DNA of 64,000 nucleotides, from positions 58,691-122,690 of IMG/VR virus record IMGVR_UViG_3300045988_088815; one strand, written 5' to 3'. Positions 61,338-64,000 of the stretch are shown here, in pieces (the stretch's first letter is position 1; each line of letters begins with the position of its first letter). This DNA comes from a virus. The notes under the pieces were generated by a model. The model had not been told where the DNA came from. It saw nothing but the letters and a program-made list of their open reading frames with translations, and did not search any database. A program made the translations under genes and the position numbers.

Positions 61338-61700
61338 ATGAAAATAGAAAATATAAAGTTTAAGGCAAAGAGTACCTTGGATGGAACTTGGGTACAAGGT
61401 GATTTAGTACATAATGAAAATGGAACGATTGACATATTAAGAAATTGTCTTTACTTATCAGAGGTTGACCCTTCAACAGTCTGCCAGTACACAGGGCTGA
61501 CAGATTGTGAAGGTAAAGAATTGTTTGAACACGACCTAATACATTTCGTAGGGTATAAGCCTATAGGCGAAGTGATTTGGTCAGAAGAGAACTATGCTTT
61601 TATGGTAGTCAGCGGAAATGAACCTCTTTATTGGCTTTCAGAAGTTCTGGAAATTGGTAAGATAGAAAGAGTTGGCAATAAATTCGATAAGGAGAAGTAG
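61338..61700 (+). CDS. YopX-family phage protein
   Basis: paralog of 13267-13662. Confidence 0.65.
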   Translation: MKIENIKFKAKSTLDGTWVQGDLVHNENGTIDILRNCLYLSEVDPSTVCQYTGLTDCEGKELFEHDLIHFVGYKPIGEVIWSEENYAFMVVSGNEPLYWLSEVLEIGKIERVGNKFDKEK

Positions 61701-61709
61701 GATAAAACT

Positions 61710-61838
61710 ATGGTAGATGTAAGTAATCAGCATTGGAACGAAGATGGGAGCATTACTATTATATTGAATAGTATTGAAGAAGTCGAAGAGTTCGTTGAGT
61801 GTATGAATATATGGAATAATAGAATGTATGAAGAATAA
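61710..61838 (+). CDS. small hypothetical protein
   Basis: manual ORF, 42 aa. Confidence 0.35.
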   Translation: MVDVSNQHWNEDGSITIILNSIEEVEEFVECMNIWNNRMYEE

Positions 61839-62061
61839 GATTTTAAACTTAATCAAGTCAGCCGTTTGGTTTGTCTTGTGTTTGTTTGTAGGAGCATTGA
61901 TTTTTGAGGGCATTCGCTCTTTGGCTAATAGCAATGAACCTGCAAAGAAGATTGGTATGTCAGTATTCACTGAGGAAGGACACGATTATCTGGTTGTGGA
62001 CACGAAACATGGTGTTTGCGTTGTTCACGCAGAAAGTTGCCCTTGTCGTAAAAAGAAGTAG
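61828..62061 (+). CDS. small membrane protein
   Basis: ORF track; TM helix. Confidence 0.5.
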   Translation: MKNKILNLIKSAVWFVLCLFVGALIFEGIRSLANSNEPAKKIGMSVFTEEGHDYLVVDTKHGVCVVHAESCPCRKKK

Positions 62062-62064
62062 CGT

Positions 62065-62370
62065 ATGGAAAATAATATGTTTGAAGATATTGTTGCTGAA
62101 GGCAATATAGTTGTGATAAATAATAATTGGATTGTGTTATGTAAGCGTTGGAAACCATGGTGTCACAATCTCTTCTGCTATCTTTATCTTCACAAGGAAA
62201 ATAAGAATTTAATGGTAGGCTCTCATTTTACAATGACCGAGGATAAAAAGAAATCTACTCGGTTGGCTACCAACGAGGAACGTCTTATGCTTTTTGAGGA
62301 AATGTTTAAGTATGGAATTGCTTTCGATAAGCACGTCCATCATTTGGTTGGAAAGTTGGTTGGTGTATGA
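62065..62370 (+). CDS. hypothetical phage protein
   Basis: ORF track; GTAGCGTATG junction. Confidence 0.55.
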   Translation: MENNMFEDIVAEGNIVVINNNWIVLCKRWKPWCHNLFCYLYLHKENKNLMVGSHFTMTEDKKKSTRLATNEERLMLFEEMFKYGIAFDKHVHHLVGKLVGV

Positions 62371-62540
62371 AGATTAGGTTGGCAAAGAAGATAATGAAGC
62401 AAGCTCGTCATCTAAGTACGGCAAGTGATTATTGGTACAGAAGATTAAGAGATTTTGAGTACAAAATATGCTATGGTTTTGTTGGTAAAAAAGACCATAG
62501 AATCACCAAGGCGATAAGTTTAACAAGTAAAAAGAAATGA
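62367..62540 (+). CDS. hypothetical protein, MKIR.AKKI family
   Basis: manual ORF MKIRLAKKIMKQ.., paralog of 14050 and 14381. Confidence 0.5.
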   Translation: MKIRLAKKIMKQARHLSTASDYWYRRLRDFEYKICYGFVGKKDHRITKAISLTSKKK

Positions 62541-62543
62541 GAT

Positions 62544-62660
62544 ATGAATGAGTTTACAAAGGTCTTTGCAAAGACAATAGAAGATGAAGCTATCAAGCAG
62601 ATAGAAGTTCTATCCAATAGCGATGCTTACTCTGGTTGTGAAATAGGGGGTGTAATTTAA
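62544..62660 (+). pseudogene. phage ORF truncated by IS insertion (first 36-38 codons only)
   Basis: MNEFTKVFAKTIEDEAIKQIEVLSNSDAYSGCEI.. reads into the IS end; its stop TAA is the first 3 nt of the left IR. Confidence 0.5.
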
Positions 62661-62697
62661 ACTGTGTCAAGGCTTGTTCTTAACTTTCATTCCCACT

Positions 62698-62725
62698 CCC
62701 TGCTGGGGGCATGCCCCCAGCAGGG
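62698..62725 (-). terminator. perfect GC-rich palindrome downstream of the transposase
   Basis: CCCTGCTGGGGGCATGCCCCCAGCAGGG. Confidence 0.55.
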
Positions 62726-62745
62726 AAGCCTTTTCGGCTGCAAAG

Positions 62746-63951
62746 TTACATAATTTTAAATCTATCTCCAAATTTTATTGCCAATTGTTGAGAAAGTTGT
62801 CCCCAATTTGCCAGTGGCATAGTCCATTTCTTACGGATGTTGCGGTAAGCTAAGTACACAAGCTTCTCCAAAGAATTATCCGTAGGAAAGACCCCTTTAG
62901 TCTTTGTGACCTTTCTTACCTGTCTGTGATACCCCTCAACCGTATTGGTCGTATAAATGAGTTTACGGATGGCTGGAGTATATTGGAAATACTCTGTCAG
63001 ACGTTCCCAATTGTCACGCCATGACTTGATGACAATTGGGTACATCTCTCCCCACTTAGACTCTAACAGGTCTAAATTAGCAGCAGCGGAGTCTTTGTTT
63101 ACTGCACCATATACTGTTCTTAAATCCTTGATAAACTCCTTTTGATGCTTACTGCCAACATACTTGATAGAATTGCGTATCTGATGGACAATACAGAGCT
63201 GCACAGAACTCTCAGGAAATACGCTTTGGATGGCATCTGGGAAGCCTTTGAGACCATCAATACAACAAATCAAGATGTCTCGAACACCACGGTTCTGAAG
63301 ATCCGTAAGAACTTCTAGCCAGAAGTTAGCTCCTTCACTCTTAGACACATACATACCTAACAGTTCTTTTTGGCCTTCCTTGTTGATACCAAGAATGTTG
63401 TAAATGGCTCGTGTGACAGCTCTGCCATTCTCATCCTTTACCTTATAATGGATAGCATCAAGCCAGCAAATGGCATATACAGGATCGAGCATGCGAGACT
63501 TCCAGGCGGTGATTTCGGGTAATACACGGTCTGTTATAGAGCTGATAGTATCGGCTGATAGAGTTGTGTTGAACTCACGCTCAAAGTAGCTGCTGATGTC
63601 ACGTGTGCTGGTGCCCATGGCGTACATCTCAATAATCTGGTCTGCCATGCCATTGGCAAGAATAGTCTCACGCTTCTTTACGGTCTCAGGTTGGAAAGTT
63701 CCGTCTCGGTCACGAGGAGTCTCTATAGTGACCTCACCATATTTTGTTTGAACCTTCTTACTCATCTTACCATTACGACGGTTGCCGGAAGAGCGTTCCT
63801 CTTCACTTAAATGAGCATCCATCTCACCTTCGAGAGCTGAGTTGAGAATACGCTCTAACAATGGAGCTAATGCTCCGTCCTTGCCAAATAAGGCTTCACC
63901 ACTACGCAACTGCTGAGCTGCTTTCTTGTAATCAATTTCTAAGTTGTCCAT
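62746..63951 (-). CDS. IS256-family (Mutator-type) transposase
   Basis: 401 aa; ..LFGKDGALAPLLERILNSALEGEMDAHL.., WLDAIHYKV, DGLKGFPDAI, CIVHQIRNS. Confidence 0.9.
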   Translation of the reverse strand: MDNLEIDYKKAAQQLRSGEALFGKDGALAPLLERILNSALEGEMDAHLSEEERSSGNRRNGKMSKKVQTKYGEVTIETPRDRDGTFQPETVKKRETILANGMADQIIEMYAMGTSTRDISSYFEREFNTTLSADTISSITDRVLPEITAWKSRMLDPVYAICWLDAIHYKVKDENGRAVTRAIYNILGINKEGQKELLGMYVSKSEGANFWLEVLTDLQNRGVRDILICCIDGLKGFPDAIQSVFPESSVQLCIVHQIRNSIKYVGSKHQKEFIKDLRTVYGAVNKDSAAANLDLLESKWGEMYPIVIKSWRDNWERLTEYFQYTPAIRKLIYTTNTVEGYHRQVRKVTKTKGVFPTDNSLEKLVYLAYRNIRKKWTMPLANWGQLSQQLAIKFGDRFKIM

Positions 63952-64000
63952 AATATAAAAACTGTGTTAAACTACTTTTATTGTAGCTTGACACAGTTTA

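Larger units (their letters stand above)
62658..64000 (-). mobile_element. IS256-family insertion sequence
   Basis: left IR TAAACTGTGTCAAGGCT (62658-) matches the reverse complement of the last 16 nt of the window (TAAACTGTGTCAAGCT); encloses the transposase. Confidence 0.8.

Overview
AT-rich 64-kb stretch of a large tailed dsDNA phage, prophage or phage-plasmid. The host looks Bacteroidota-type: more than 12 promoters match TTTG-N19-21-TAnnTTTG, mostly as TATCTTTG. About 140 short, tightly packed ORFs lie almost entirely on the + strand. Exceptions are an XRE repressor, a truncated HTH pseudogene and an IS256-family transposase. Recognisable content: Dam methylase; a solo TnpB (IS200/IS605-type); a 2087-aa tape measure protein; ThyX and RNase H; a 5-tRNA cluster; a GS-like amidoligase paired with a class-II amidotransferase; a head and tail module (scaffold, capsid, tail tube, frameshifted chaperone); HicAB; and a DNA-modification island (split Dcm, three beta-class amino-methylases, a Mom-like protein, two HNH nucleases). 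An IS256-family element cuts the last phage ORF, and its right inverted repeat ends exactly at the window edge. Most unusual is a four-gene cassette at 8871-10944. It holds an RlmN/Cfr-like radical-SAM core that stops before its C-terminal catalytic loop, a second radical-SAM enzyme with CX11CX2C spacing, a class-I methyltransferase, and a 39-aa ORF that matches the missing RlmN C-terminal ..AACGQL.. cysteine loop. Other unexplained signals: ten phased 10-bp tandem repeats inside a promoter-to-terminator unit; a ~115-230-bp promoter-leader cassette repeated across the window; two conserved intercistronic motifs; a tRNA with an extra nucleotide in its anticodon arm; several structured non-coding regions; and two diverged, colinear copies of a multi-gene array (about 7.7-17.2 kb and 55.5-62.5 kb). 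Coordinates of non-ORF features were counted by hand and may be off by 1-2 nt. All homology statements come from by-eye motif recognition, not database searches.
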